Translations under genes and position numbers: made by a program | DNA from: Nannocystis bainbridge | GTDB taxonomy: Bacteria; Myxococcota_A; Polyangia; Nannocystales; Nannocystaceae | Length of the DNA stretch: 64,000 nucleotides | NCBI RefSeq assembly: GCF_028368995.1 | Contig: NZ_JAQNDL010000001.1 | Coordinates: 4,256,001 to 4,320,000, forward strand | Reading direction: 5' to 3' | Part shown: piece by piece, positions 1 to 9,131 of the stretch | Position numbering within the stretch: position 1 is the stretch's first letter | Layout: each line of letters opens with the position of its first letter | Notes under the pieces: generated by a model | Database searches by the model: none | What the model saw: only the letters and a program-made list of their open reading frames with translations | What the model was told of the DNA's origin: nothing

Positions 1-454
1 GACCCCCGTCATGCCGCACGATTTCCAGTCGGTCGTGCTGGTCGCCGACGGCACCGAGGTCCCGATGCAGTGGTACGGCGAGGCGCTGTGGCGCGGCGCC
101 CCGCGCGAGCCGTTCGGCCAGCTGTGCGCCGTCGATGCCGCGGGCAACGAGACCTGCGTGGAGTTCGGCGAGGACCCCGGCGAGACCGACACCGACGACG
201 GCGTCAACACCACCAACGACTCCGGCACCACCGAGGCCCCGACCACCGGCGACGACCCGACCACCGGCGGCCCCGGCACGACCACGGGCGACGGCGGCAC
301 CACTGACGCCACGGGCAGCGACGACACCGCCAGCACCGGGGACACCAGCGGCATCGACGACGACGGCGGCTGCGGCTGTCGCCAGCGTTCGCCGGGCCCT
401 GGCGGCCTGCTCGCCCTCGGTCTGCTCGCCCTGGTCCGCCGCCGCCGCCGCTGA
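1..454 (+). CDS. 3' part of a surface protein with Thr/Gly/Asp-rich linker and MYXO-CTERM sorting signal (5' truncated by window edge)
   Basis: Frame is open from the window edge; C-terminus DDDGGCGC...LLALGLLALVRRRRR matches the MYXO-CTERM pattern (GCGC, TM helix, basic tail). Confidence 0.85.
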   Translation, partial: TPVMPHDFQSVVLVADGTEVPMQWYGEALWRGAPREPFGQLCAVDAAGNETCVEFGEDPGETDTDDGVNTTNDSGTTEAPTTGDDPTTGGPGTTTGDGGTTDATGSDDTASTGDTSGIDDDGGCGCRQRSPGPGGLLALGLLALVRRRRR

Positions 455-457
455 GTC

Positions 458-755
458 CCTGCCCTTCGGGGCCTATCCCTTCGGACAGGCGCCATGCGTC
501 GCCGCGAGACCGCCTGCCCTTCGGGGCATGTCCCTTCAGCCAGGTGTCATGCGCCGCGAGACCGCCGCTCCGCCTGCCCTTCGGGGCATGTCCCTTCGGA
601 CGTGTGTCATTCGTCGCCGCGAGACCGCCGTTCGGCATGTCCTTCGGGGCATGTCTATTCGGCCAGGCGTCGTGCGTCGCCGCGAGCCGTCATTCCGCCT
701 GCCCTTCGGGGCATGTCCATTCGGCCAGGCGTCATGCGTCGCCGCGAGCCCGCCG
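458..755. repeat. Five tandem ~54-63-bp intergenic repeats, each with two adjacent 14-bp dyad units
   Basis: Unit about CCTGCCCTTCGGGGCATGTCCCTTCGGCCAGGCGTCATGCGTCGCCGCGAGACCG, starting near 458, 513, 573, 636, 698. Confidence 0.85.
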
Positions 756-1033
756 TTTCAGAGAGCTCGCTCGCGTGCCGCGCGTCGACCTGTCCCTTCA
801 GCCAGGCCATGGGCTCGATCCGCGGCCTGCCTCCCTCGAGCGTCCGTCGCGGCCTGCCCCTTCGGCCAGCCTCCCGCAGCGGGCCACCGGCCTCGACCGC
901 GCGGTCGTCGAGCGAGCCGCCGCTCACGCGGTCGCCCGGCGCGCGGGCCGCGGTCCTTCGGCTCCGTCCCGGGCGACTGATTTTCTCGGGAAAACGGACC
1001 CCGGGGGGCGCGAGGCCGGGGCCTCGCAGGTGA

Positions 1034-1107
1034 TGCGCTCGGCAGGATTCGAACCTGCGACCCTCGGGTTCGAAGCCCGATGCTCTATCCAGCTGAGCTA
1101 CGAACGC
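1034..1107 (-). tRNA. tRNA-Arg, anticodon UCG; CCA end not encoded
   Basis: Reverse complement GCGTTCG TAGCTCAGCTGGATAGAGCA TCGGG CT-TCG-AA CCCGA GGGTC GCAGG TTCGAAT CCTGC CGAGCGC A folds as a cloverleaf; followed by TCA rather than CCA. Confidence 0.95.
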
Positions 1108-1237
1108 GGCCCGGCCAGGATACCCGAACTCGCCCCGGGCGAAAAGCGCACGCACAGCGCGCCGTGCATGGGCCATGCCGGCCTTTTATAATGACGGACG
1201 AACTGACCGCCGGCCTCAGGCCCTCCCAGGAGCACCC

Positions 1238-3091
1238 ATGCGTCTCGTCTCGGCCCTCTCGCGTCACCGCACCCTCCTCTCGGCCTCAGGCCTCGCCGCT
1301 GCCAGCGTTTGGTTGGCCGTCGAACACCGCCCCGGCGACGACGGCGTGCGGGCCGCGGACATCACGCCCGTCGCCATCACCGACCTCGATCTCGCCGACA
1401 GCACCGGCGCCCTGCTGCTCGACCTCGTCGAACCCGAGGACGGCGAGGGCGGCAGCGAAGCCGAGCTGCGCGCGCTGCTCGACGGCCTCGGCCTCGCCTG
1501 GGAGCCGGCCGGCTTCTACAGCGAGGGCGAGCACCTCTTCCGCGTCGTCGGCGAGCCCGACCAGCTCGCCGAGCTGCAGACCACGCTCGCCGGCAACCCG
1601 CTCGTCGAGGTCGTCGAGCCCGAGCTCGTCTACTCGCTCGTCGGCGACGTCGCCATCGAGCCCGCCGACGAGCTCGAGCCGAGCAAGGAACGCCGCCCGC
1701 GCTTCGAGCCCGACGACCCGATGTACGCCCGCCAGTGGCACATGCAGATGATCCACACCCCCGAGGCGTGGGGCGTCACCAAGGGCGAGGGCGTCGTCGT
1801 CGCCGTCATCGACACCGGCGTCGCCTGGAAGGACCTGCCCGGCGTCGCCAAGCAGGCGCCCGACCTGGCCGGCACCGCCTTCACCCAGGGCGTCAGCTTC
1901 GTCCCCAACTCGCTGCCCGATGGCCTCGACGATCACCTGCACGGCACCCACGTCGCCGGCACGATCGCCCAGACCACCCACAACGCGCTCGGCGTGACCG
2001 GCGTCGCCTTCAAGAGCACGATCATGCCGCTCAAGGTGCTGAGCGGTGACGGCCGCGGGCAGATCCCCTGGATCGCCAACGCCATCCGCTACGCCGCCGA
2101 CAACGGCGCCCAGGTCATCAACATGAGCCTCGGCGGGCCGATGCCCTCGAGCGTGCTCGCCAAGGCGATCGACTACGCCAACAGCAAGGGCACCACCGTC
2201 GTCTGCGCCGCCGGCAACGAGAGCCGCGGCCGCGTCGGCTGGCCCGCCTCCAACAACGGCTCGGTCGCGGTCGCGGCGGTCGACGCGATGGGCGTGCGCA
2301 CCTGGTACTCGAATTGGGGCAAGGACCTCGACGTCTCGGCCCCCGGCGGCGACACCCGCGTCGACAAGAACGGCGACGGCTACCCCGACGGCGTGCTGCA
2401 GAACACGATCCTCCTGCAGGATCCGATGAAGAGCGATTACATGTGGCTGCAGGGCACCTCGATGGCCTCGCCGCACGCCGCCGGCGTCGCCGCCCTGGTC
2501 GTCTCGCGCGGCGTCAACAACCCGCCCGAGGTCGAGCGGATCTTGAAGAAGACCGCGAAGCACCCCAACAACATCGAGTGGGACAAGGAGTACGGCGCCG
2601 GTGTCATCGACGCCGTGGCCGCCGTCGACGCCTCGATCGAGAGCTACCAGGCCGAGCGCGGCGGCCTGCTCGGCCTGCTCGGGCTCGGCGGCCTCGCGGG
2701 CCTCGGCCTCGCCGGCCTCGCCGGTCGGCGCGCGCGCGTGGCTGCGCTCGGCAGCATGGTGCTCGGGGCAGGTCTCGCCGCGGGCGCGTTCGGCCTGACG
2801 CCGATCGCCTACGCCGCGGCCGATCTCGCCGGTGCGACCGCGATCGGCTCGCCGCTGTTCCTGTCGGCGCTGCTGCCGGTCCTGGCGACCCTGCTGCTGG
2901 TCGGCTTCCGCCCGCTCCGCAGCATCCTCGTCGGCCTCAACCTCGGCTACGCCGCCCTGCTCCTGCACGGCGCGATCGTCCTGCCGACGCTGCTCAACGG
3001 CCTCCCCGGCGGCCCGACGATCGACCGCCTGTGGCTCGCGGCGCACGCCCTCGTGGCCCTCGCGCTCGCCCGCCGCGTCTCGCGGATGTGA
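1238..3091 (+). CDS. S8 (subtilisin-like) serine protease with C-terminal multi-TM region
   Basis: Catalytic triad motifs VAVIDTG, HGTHVAG, GTSMASPH; AGGAG upstream of ATG 1238; hydrophobic C-terminal helices. Confidence 0.92.
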   Translation: MRLVSALSRHRTLLSASGLAAASVWLAVEHRPGDDGVRAADITPVAITDLDLADSTGALLLDLVEPEDGEGGSEAELRALLDGLGLAWEPAGFYSEGEHLFRVVGEPDQLAELQTTLAGNPLVEVVEPELVYSLVGDVAIEPADELEPSKERRPRFEPDDPMYARQWHMQMIHTPEAWGVTKGEGVVVAVIDTGVAWKDLPGVAKQAPDLAGTAFTQGVSFVPNSLPDGLDDHLHGTHVAGTIAQTTHNALGVTGVAFKSTIMPLKVLSGDGRGQIPWIANAIRYAADNGAQVINMSLGGPMPSSVLAKAIDYANSKGTTVVCAAGNESRGRVGWPASNNGSVAVAAVDAMGVRTWYSNWGKDLDVSAPGGDTRVDKNGDGYPDGVLQNTILLQDPMKSDYMWLQGTSMASPHAAGVAALVVSRGVNNPPEVERILKKTAKHPNNIEWDKEYGAGVIDAVAAVDASIESYQAERGGLLGLLGLGGLAGLGLAGLAGRRARVAALGSMVLGAGLAAGAFGLTPIAYAAADLAGATAIGSPLFLSALLPVLATLLLVGFRPLRSILVGLNLGYAALLLHGAIVLPTLLNGLPGGPTIDRLWLAAHALVALALARRVSRM

Positions 3092-3667
3092 TCCACGAGC
3101 TCGCCCGCACCCCGAGCCCGCGCCGGCCCACGCCCGCGCGGGCTTCGCTGTTTCTCGCACCGACTCGCGTCGGCCACGTCGCTCGCGGAAGCTGCATGCG
3201 CCCGGAGCACGCGTGAGCCACGAACGCCTCGCATCGCCCGCTGAAGCCGCATGCGCTGGGAGCTCTTTCAGGGCCCCGCACGACTCAAACGCCACGCGCC
3301 GGCGTGAGCCTCGCGGGTCAGACCACGACGCGAACGCGACCCCGTTCTTCGTCCCCGTGGCACGCCCTCGTGGCCCTCGCGCTCGCCCCCCGCGTCTCGC
3401 GGATGTGATCGGCGAGCTCGCCCGCACCCCAAGCCCGCGCCGGCCCACGCCTGCGCGGGCTTCGCTGTTTCTCGCGCCGACACGCGCCGGCCACGTCGCT
3501 CGCGGAAGCTGCATACGCCCGGAGCACGCGTGAGCCACGAACGCCCCGCATCGCCCGCCGAAGTCGCATGCACTGGGAGCTCTTTCAGGGCCCCGGGCGG
3601 TCACGCGCCGGCGTGAGCCTCGCGGTCAGGCCACGACGCGAACGCGACCCCGTTCCTCGTCGCCGTG
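3044..3667. repeat. 317-bp direct tandem duplication that includes the last 15 codons and stop of the S8 gene
   Basis: CACGCCCTCGTGGCCCTCGCGCTCGCC...GGATGTGATC occurs at 3044 and 3361; the downstream sequence also matches. Confidence 0.9.
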
Positions 3668-4066
3668 TGATGCACGCCTCTTCGTGCTGTGGACGACGGC
3701 CAGAACTGTTCGAAGCAGCTCGCTACCTCCTCGCTTCGGCGAGACCCATCGGAGGACGAAGCATGGCTGAGAGCGCCCCCGAATCGCCGCAACCCTTCGA
3801 CCTGTCCCGGAGGACATGTCATCACACGCGACCGGCACGCCGCGCGAGCGCGCAGCGATGCACGTTCACGAACAGGCATCGCTCGCATCCGCCCGCTCCG
3901 CGCGCCACGATCCGTCCGGTTGCGCGTGGCGTGAGCCAGGATCTCGGTCTCTCGGGGCGGACTCGTCCACCCGCCCAACAGCCCGCTGAAAGGCCCTGAC
4001 CGCCATTGCGCCCCCTGCGCACGGACGCGTGAACCGGCGCGCAGGCCGCGCGCGCGGGATCAATCC

Positions 4067-4081
4067 TGAAAATCACTTTCA
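4067..4081. promoter_or_regulatory. Fur-box-like 7-1-7 inverted repeat (distal)
   Basis: TGAAAAT-C-ACTTTCA compared with the Fur consensus TGATAAT-N-ATTATCA; AT-rich patch upstream of bfd. Confidence 0.7.
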
Positions 4082-4129
4082 AACTCCTTGCGATCCGACC
4101 TCGAGCTGGGCACCCTGAAGGAGTCATTT

Positions 4130-4144
4130 TGACAATGATTTTCA
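4130..4144. promoter_or_regulatory. Fur-box-like 7-1-7 inverted repeat (proximal), overlapping TTGACA
   Basis: TGACAAT-G-ATTTTCA, 34 bp upstream of the bfd ATG. Confidence 0.75.
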
Positions 4145-4178
4145 TCGCCATCCTCAGGACTCGGGACGCGTAGTCATC

Positions 4179-4391
4179 ATGATCGTCTGTCTGTGCAAGG
4201 GTGTTTCGTGTCGCACGATCCTCGCCGAGGCTCGCCGGGGGGCCTGCACGCTGAAGCAGATCCGGCAGACCTGTCAGGCGGGCACCGGCTGCGGGGCGTG
4301 CGTCCAGCAGATCCGGCAGCTGCTCGAGAGCGCCGCGCCGGCCCGGCACGAGCATCACAGCAGCAGCGTCGGCAGCGGCGAAGCGACCTGA
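4179..4391 (+). CDS. bfd: Bacterioferritin-associated ferredoxin (2Fe-2S)
   Basis: MIVCLC...GTGCGAC motif, 70 aa, directly upstream of bfr. Confidence 0.92.
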   Translation: MIVCLCKGVSCRTILAEARRGACTLKQIRQTCQAGTGCGACVQQIRQLLESAAPARHEHHSSSVGSGEAT

Positions 4392-4475
4392 AGCGCCGCG
4401 TCGAAGTTGAACGTCTTTTTCACCGCGGCGCTGCTGCCGGCGGTGCGCGTGGGCCCGTGCTAGCGTGCGCCCACG

Positions 4476-4940
4476 ATGAAGGGCAACGACAAGATCCTCA
4501 ACGCGCTCAATGAAGTACTGACAGCCGAGCTGACGGCGATCAATCAGTACTTCATCCACGCGAAGATGTGTAAGAACTGGGGCTATAGCAAGATCGCCTC
4601 GAAGATCCGCGCCGAGTCGATCGACGAGATGAAGCACGCGGACGACCTCATCGAGCGCATCCTGTTCCTCGAGGGCATCCCGAACGTCCAGCGCTACAAC
4701 AAGGTCAACGTCGGCGAGTCGGTCAAAGAGCAGTTCGAGCTCGACCTCAAGCTCGAGTACGACGCCGTGCAGCGCTTCAACAATGGCATCGCCATGTGTC
4801 GCGACCTCGGCGACAACGCCACCCGCGAGCTGCTCGAGCGCATGCTGATCTCCGAGGAAGAGCACGTCGACTGGCTCGAGACTCAGCTCGGCCTGATCCA
4901 GGCCCTCGGCGAGCCGATGTACTGCGCCCAGCAGCTCTGA
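4476..4940 (+). CDS. bfr: Bacterioferritin
   Basis: MKG...[11 protein letters not shown]...[10 protein letters not shown]...ERILFLEG...[12 protein letters not shown]; heme-ligand Met52 present. Confidence 0.97.
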   Translation: MKGNDKILNALNEVLTAELTAINQYFIHAKMCKNWGYSKIASKIRAESIDEMKHADDLIERILFLEGIPNVQRYNKVNVGESVKEQFELDLKLEYDAVQRFNNGIAMCRDLGDNATRELLERMLISEEEHVDWLETQLGLIQALGEPMYCAQQL

Positions 4941-5006
4941 ACGCCCCGCGATGCTCGTCTCTCGCGGCCAGCCGCCGCGAGCCGGGACGCGGCCGCTGTC
5001 CCGCCC

Positions 5007-5280
5007 CGACCTGCTCTACGGACAGAGTCTCTATCGAGCGAGCGGCTGACCTTCGGGACAGCCCTCGCGCTTCGCCGACCTGTCCTCGCGGACAGCCTCA
5101 ACCGAGCGAGCGGCGGACCTTCGGGACAGCCCTCGCGTTTCGCCGACCTGTCCTCGCGGACAGCCTCTATCGAGCGAGCGGCGGACCTCCGGGACAGCCC
5201 TCGCACTTCGCCGACCTGTCCTCACGGACAGCCTCTATTGAGCGAGCGGCTGGCCTTCGGGACAGCCCTCGCGCTTCGCC
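5007..5280. repeat. Four tandem ~68-bp intergenic repeats, each with two dyad units
   Basis: Unit CGACCTGTCCTCGCGGACAGCCTCTATCGAGCGAGCGGCGGACCTTCGGGACAGCCCTCGCGCTTCGC; perfect dyads at 5081, 5149, 5217. Lies between convergent genes. Confidence 0.9.
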
Positions 5281-5299
5281 GCGGCCTCGCGGGCAGCGC

Positions 5300-6184
5300 T
5301 CACTTCTTCGCGTCGGCCGGGCGCTTGGCGTCCGCCGGCGCCTCGGCCTTCGCATCGGCCGGCTTCGCCTCCGCGGGCGGCTCGGAGCCCGGCACGGCGA
5401 ACTTGGTCTCGTCGACCGGCACGTTGAGCTCGAGCTTGGTGGTCGTCGTCTTCAGCTTCTGCAGCTTCATGTCGGCGACCTGCTCGAACGCGAACCACAC
5501 CCCGTTCTGCTCGCGATAGTCGGACAGCGTCACCTCGACGGGGATCTCGCCCATCGAGCTGAACTGCTTGAGCCGCTGCGCCACCAGGCGGTGGTCGGCG
5601 AGGTCGATGCGCAGCGTCACGGAGTTGCCCGACTTGCTGGCGGTAAGCACGACCTCGGCGAACTTCTTGCCACCGACCTCCTCGACCTTGGTCGTCTCGG
5701 CCTTGTCGAAGAAGCGCTTCCAGTCGTGGGCGATGTTCAGCGACGTGCCCATCTCGGCCATCGCGGCCTCTTTGCCCGTCAGCTCGCGCAGGCCCTGGAT
5801 CGGGTCGAGCGTCCACAGCTTGCCCGCCTTGCCGCCGCCGGTGCTCACGCCCACGCCCGGCAGCGTGATCTCCAGATAAAAATCATCGCCCTTCGACCAG
5901 GTCTTGCCGACGCCGGAGATCCCCGCGCCGAGGATCTCGACCTGCATCTCCTGATAGAAGCTCTTGATCTCGTCGAGCTTGGCCGCGCCGCCGCCCGCCT
6001 CGACCACCTTCGCCAGCAGCTCCGCCGCGTCGGGCAGGGCGTTCGCCGCCGGCGCCGCCGCCTCGGCCGGCTTCGCCTCGGTCGCCGGCGTGGCCTTGGC
6101 CGCCTCGGCCTTCTTCGCCTCGCCGCCGTCGCACCCGCCGAGGGCCATCAGGGCGGTCAGACACAGGACTTGCAGGCGTCGCAT
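5300..6184 (-). CDS. Lipoprotein, possibly LolA-like/outer-membrane lipoprotein-sorting fold
   Basis: Lipobox LGGC after MRRLQVLCLTALMA; GGAG before ATG 6184; C-terminal SDYREQNGVWFAFE...ELNVPVDETKF resembles this family. Confidence 0.65.
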   Translation of the reverse strand: MRRLQVLCLTALMALGGCDGGEAKKAEAAKATPATEAKPAEAAAPAANALPDAAELLAKVVEAGGGAAKLDEIKSFYQEMQVEILGAGISGVGKTWSKGDDFYLEITLPGVGVSTGGGKAGKLWTLDPIQGLRELTGKEAAMAEMGTSLNIAHDWKRFFDKAETTKVEEVGGKKFAEVVLTASKSGNSVTLRIDLADHRLVAQRLKQFSSMGEIPVEVTLSDYREQNGVWFAFEQVADMKLQKLKTTTTKLELNVPVDETKFAVPGSEPPAEAKPADAKAEAPADAKRPADAKK

Positions 6185-6209
6185 GCGGGTAGCTCCTTGG
6201 GACATGTTC

Positions 6210-7631
6210 TCAGGGACTCTTGCTGTCGAAGGCCGCGACCGCGGCGGCCAGCACCGGGTCGCGCCCGGCGACGAAATCGGCCCGCGTCTCGACCGCGGTG
6301 ATGTCGGGGCTGACGCCGTCGCCCTCGGCGACCGTGCCCTTGGCCGAGTGGTAGTCGCCGACGACGTATTGCAGCAGCGCGCCGTTGTCGAGCCGCTCGA
6401 GCAGCGACGGCAGCGCCGCACCGGCCGAGGCGCGCGCCCCGGCCACCCGCACGCGCCCGAGGTCGCGCAGGCCCGCCGCGAAGATCTCCGAAGTGCTCGC
6501 CGTGCCCTCGTCGACCAGCACGATCACCGGCCCCGCGAACGCCCCGGGATCGCCGGCCACGTTGAACTCCTGGGCGAACTCGCGGAACTGCAGCTTGCCG
6601 AGGCTGCCCGACTCTCGGAGCAGCAGGCGCGCGACCGGGATCGACATCGCCCCCACGCCGCCCGGGTTGCCGCGCAGGTCGAGCACCAGCGCCTCCATGC
6701 CCTGGCCGCGCAGGTCGGTCATCGCCGCCTTCACGCGCTCGACCATCGGCAACATCCAGTAGTTGAACGCGATGTAGCCGATCTTCGGGCCGCTGCCCTC
6801 ACGCTCCAGCATGCGGTGCTCGACCGTGGTCGGCAGGTCGCGCAGGTTGCCGAGCGACACCAGCTCGCCGGGCGGCGTGACGCAGGCGACATCCTTCGTC
6901 ACCTCGGCGTCGCCGGCGCCCGGATCGAGGAAGGTCAAGCTGACCTTTTGGCCAGGTTGACACGACAGCGCCCGGCCCGCCTCGAAGGCCGCGTGATAGG
7001 CGACCTCGCCGGGGCGCATCGCCTCGCTGCGGGCGCGGGCGATCAGAGACTCGGCGGTCCGGTCGCCCAACTTCACCAGCGCCGCACCCGCTGGCACGCC
7101 GCTGACGGCCCCGCCGAGCGCCGGGTCGACGACCACCAGCTGCTCGCCGATCATGCGCACGCCCACCGGCACGCGCGCGGGCCCGCCGCTGCGCTCCTCC
7201 GGCTCGGCCCCGCTGAACGGCGGCACCACCTTGAAGTGGCTCTGCCCGAGCGTCTCGAGCAGGTCGTTCATCACCTTGTAGGCCGCCGGCCCGTCGGCGA
7301 CCGCCGTGAGCTTGGCGCCGTACTCGGCCCGCAGCGCCGGCCAGTCCTTGCAGGCCAGCGTCGGGTCGAAGTGCTTCTCCAGCACCGTCCGCCACACGCG
7401 CTCGAAGGTCGCCGAGTACGGCGTCTCGGGCAGCGGCGGCAGCGTCGCCGGGTCGAGGTCCGCCCAGCTGCGGCAGGTGTCGCCGGCCGGCCTCGCGGCG
7501 GGCGCGTCACTCGCCTGTGGGGCCGCGGGGCTGGCCTCGGCTGTCGGCGCCGTCTTCTCCGACGGCGCCGACTGGCCACACGCGCAGACGAGCGCCACGC
7601 ATGCGGCGCTCACCGACCTGGGGAAGCGCAT
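6210..7631 (-). CDS. S41 family peptidase lipoprotein
   Basis: Lipobox VCAC; IGYIAFNYW, LVLDLRGNPGG, TASTSEIFA, GVSPD motifs. Confidence 0.88.
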   Translation of the reverse strand: MRFPRSVSAACVALVCACGQSAPSEKTAPTAEASPAAPQASDAPAARPAGDTCRSWADLDPATLPPLPETPYSATFERVWRTVLEKHFDPTLACKDWPALRAEYGAKLTAVADGPAAYKVMNDLLETLGQSHFKVVPPFSGAEPEERSGGPARVPVGVRMIGEQLVVVDPALGGAVSGVPAGAALVKLGDRTAESLIARARSEAMRPGEVAYHAAFEAGRALSCQPGQKVSLTFLDPGAGDAEVTKDVACVTPPGELVSLGNLRDLPTTVEHRMLEREGSGPKIGYIAFNYWMLPMVERVKAAMTDLRGQGMEALVLDLRGNPGGVGAMSIPVARLLLRESGSLGKLQFREFAQEFNVAGDPGAFAGPVIVLVDEGTASTSEIFAAGLRDLGRVRVAGARASAGAALPSLLERLDNGALLQYVVGDYHSAKGTVAEGDGVSPDITAVETRADFVAGRDPVLAAAVAAFDSKSP

Positions 7632-7635
7632 CGGC

Positions 7636-8343
7636 TCACTCGTAGGTCACGCGCTCGAGGGCGTTGAGGTCGAGGACCACGATCTCCTGGCGGCTGAGGC
7701 TCAGGATCCCCTCGCGTTGCATCCGGTTGAGCGCGCGCGAGATCTCCTCGCGCACGGTCCCCAGACGCGCAGCAACGGTGTTCATGTCGAGCTGGCGGGG
7801 GATCACGCACGGCTTGCCCGCCTCGGCGCCGGCGCGCATCGCCAGCGACAGCAGGAAGGACGCGAGCCGGCGTTCGACTGACCGAAGGGACAGGTCGAGT
7901 ACGAGGTCGATCAGGCGGTTGGCCCGGAAGGCCATGTGCCGCATCAGCGCGAACGCCAGCGGCTGAGAACGCCCTATAAGGTTGATCACCGGGTCCGTCT
8001 CGAACTGCCAGGCCTCCGAGTCGAGCATGGCGAAGGCCGAGGCGGCGCACTGGACGTCCCGCGGCAAGAAACCCTCGCCGATCAGCTTCCCGGGCTCCGC
8101 GAGATAGAGGATCTGCTCGCGCCCCTCGGAGGAGATGAGGCTCAGCTTGAATTCGCCCGACTTCACCACGAACAAGCCGGGACCTGGCTCACCACGGCGG
8201 AAGACTGAGCGTTTGCGCTTCACCTCGACGAGGTTCGCGCCGAGACATAGCTCGGTCATGGTCTCTTCGGGGACCTGGTCCCAACCGGCGTAGCGCAGCA
8301 GCGCCTGGCGGACTTGTTCGACTTCCGCGCCCTCGATCGGCAT
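7636..8343 (-). CDS. Crp/Fnr family transcriptional regulator
   Basis: cNMP-binding fold (VFRRGEPGPGLFVVKSG...IGE) plus C-terminal HTH (VAARLGTVREEISRALNRM...EGIL). Confidence 0.92.
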   Translation of the reverse strand: MPIEGAEVEQVRQALLRYAGWDQVPEETMTELCLGANLVEVKRKRSVFRRGEPGPGLFVVKSGEFKLSLISSEGREQILYLAEPGKLIGEGFLPRDVQCAASAFAMLDSEAWQFETDPVINLIGRSQPLAFALMRHMAFRANRLIDLVLDLSLRSVERRLASFLLSLAMRAGAEAGKPCVIPRQLDMNTVAARLGTVREEISRALNRMQREGILSLSRQEIVVLDLNALERVTYE

Positions 8344-8540
8344 GGCGCAAGTGTAGCCGTTTTGCGCTCATGATGAGTCTCTCATTTGGTCCGGAGTGAG
8401 TTCATCCGGGGCCGTCAGCGGTTTTGCGTACCTGGCGCAACGCCTCGTGGGGCCCGAGTTCGCCGATTTTTAGGACGGCACACATGTAGGACATAAACTC
8501 GCCACCACTTACCACCCCGCGCCAGAGAACGGAGCCACCC

Positions 8541-8969
8541 ATGGAAACCCAGCAGATCGAGAAGCGCCCCCTGCGCCTGCCCCCCCTCCCGCGCCCCGGC
8601 AAGCCCCTCTACGAGCGCCGCCGCACCCGCTTCACCGACACCGGGTCGGCGCTGATCGCGGCCTTCGACGGCGCGGTCAACCGCGGCGAGCTCGACCTCA
8701 TCATCGTCGCTGACGAGAGCGGCTTCGTCGTCTCCCAGAGCACGACCGATCTCGACCTCACCATGCTCGCCGCCGTCGCTCCGCTCATCGGTCGCGGTCG
8801 TGCGCGCGCCACCGTCAAGCGCGACGGCCAGGAGCGTGGTCTCAGCGTCAAGACGATCGAGGTCCTCGGCGAGACCCTCTACGTCGCCTGCCTCGGCGGC
8901 AAGTTCGGCGCCCGCGAGCGCGAGCTCGCCTCCACCGCCAGCGCTGCCCGGCGGATCCTCCTCAGCTAG
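8541..8969 (+). CDS. Roadblock/LC7 (MglB-like) domain protein, tentative
   Basis: GGAG RBS; LDLIIVADESGFVVSQS followed by helix LAAVAP resembles the roadblock fold. Confidence 0.55.
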   Translation: METQQIEKRPLRLPPLPRPGKPLYERRRTRFTDTGSALIAAFDGAVNRGELDLIIVADESGFVVSQSTTDLDLTMLAAVAPLIGRGRARATVKRDGQERGLSVKTIEVLGETLYVACLGGKFGARERELASTASAARRILLS

Positions 8970-9131
8970 CGCGACGGCCGGGTGGCCTCCACCCCTCGCT
9001 CGCGCCGCGTCGCTCGCGCCCCGCAAATCGTCGGCCGGCGCGAGGGGTGAACCGCGGATTGAATTATCTTTAGAACATGTCTTGAACGACAGGGCCGAAA
9101 GACCCTGCCCTCTCGGACTTCTTATTTTGAA

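Noticed and set aside
1031-3667. Integrative element or prophage at tRNA-Arg
   Set aside because: No integrase, no duplicated tRNA 3' end seen, and no compositional shift.
3568-3999. ORFs across the 317-bp duplication and other repeat regions (e.g. 494..1033, 4796..5300)
   Set aside because: They are translations of repeat DNA without codon bias or domain motifs.
458-5280. Tandem repeats at 458-755 and 5007-5280 as CRISPR arrays
   Set aside because: Whole units are similar along their length, with no unique spacers, and there are no cas genes in the window.
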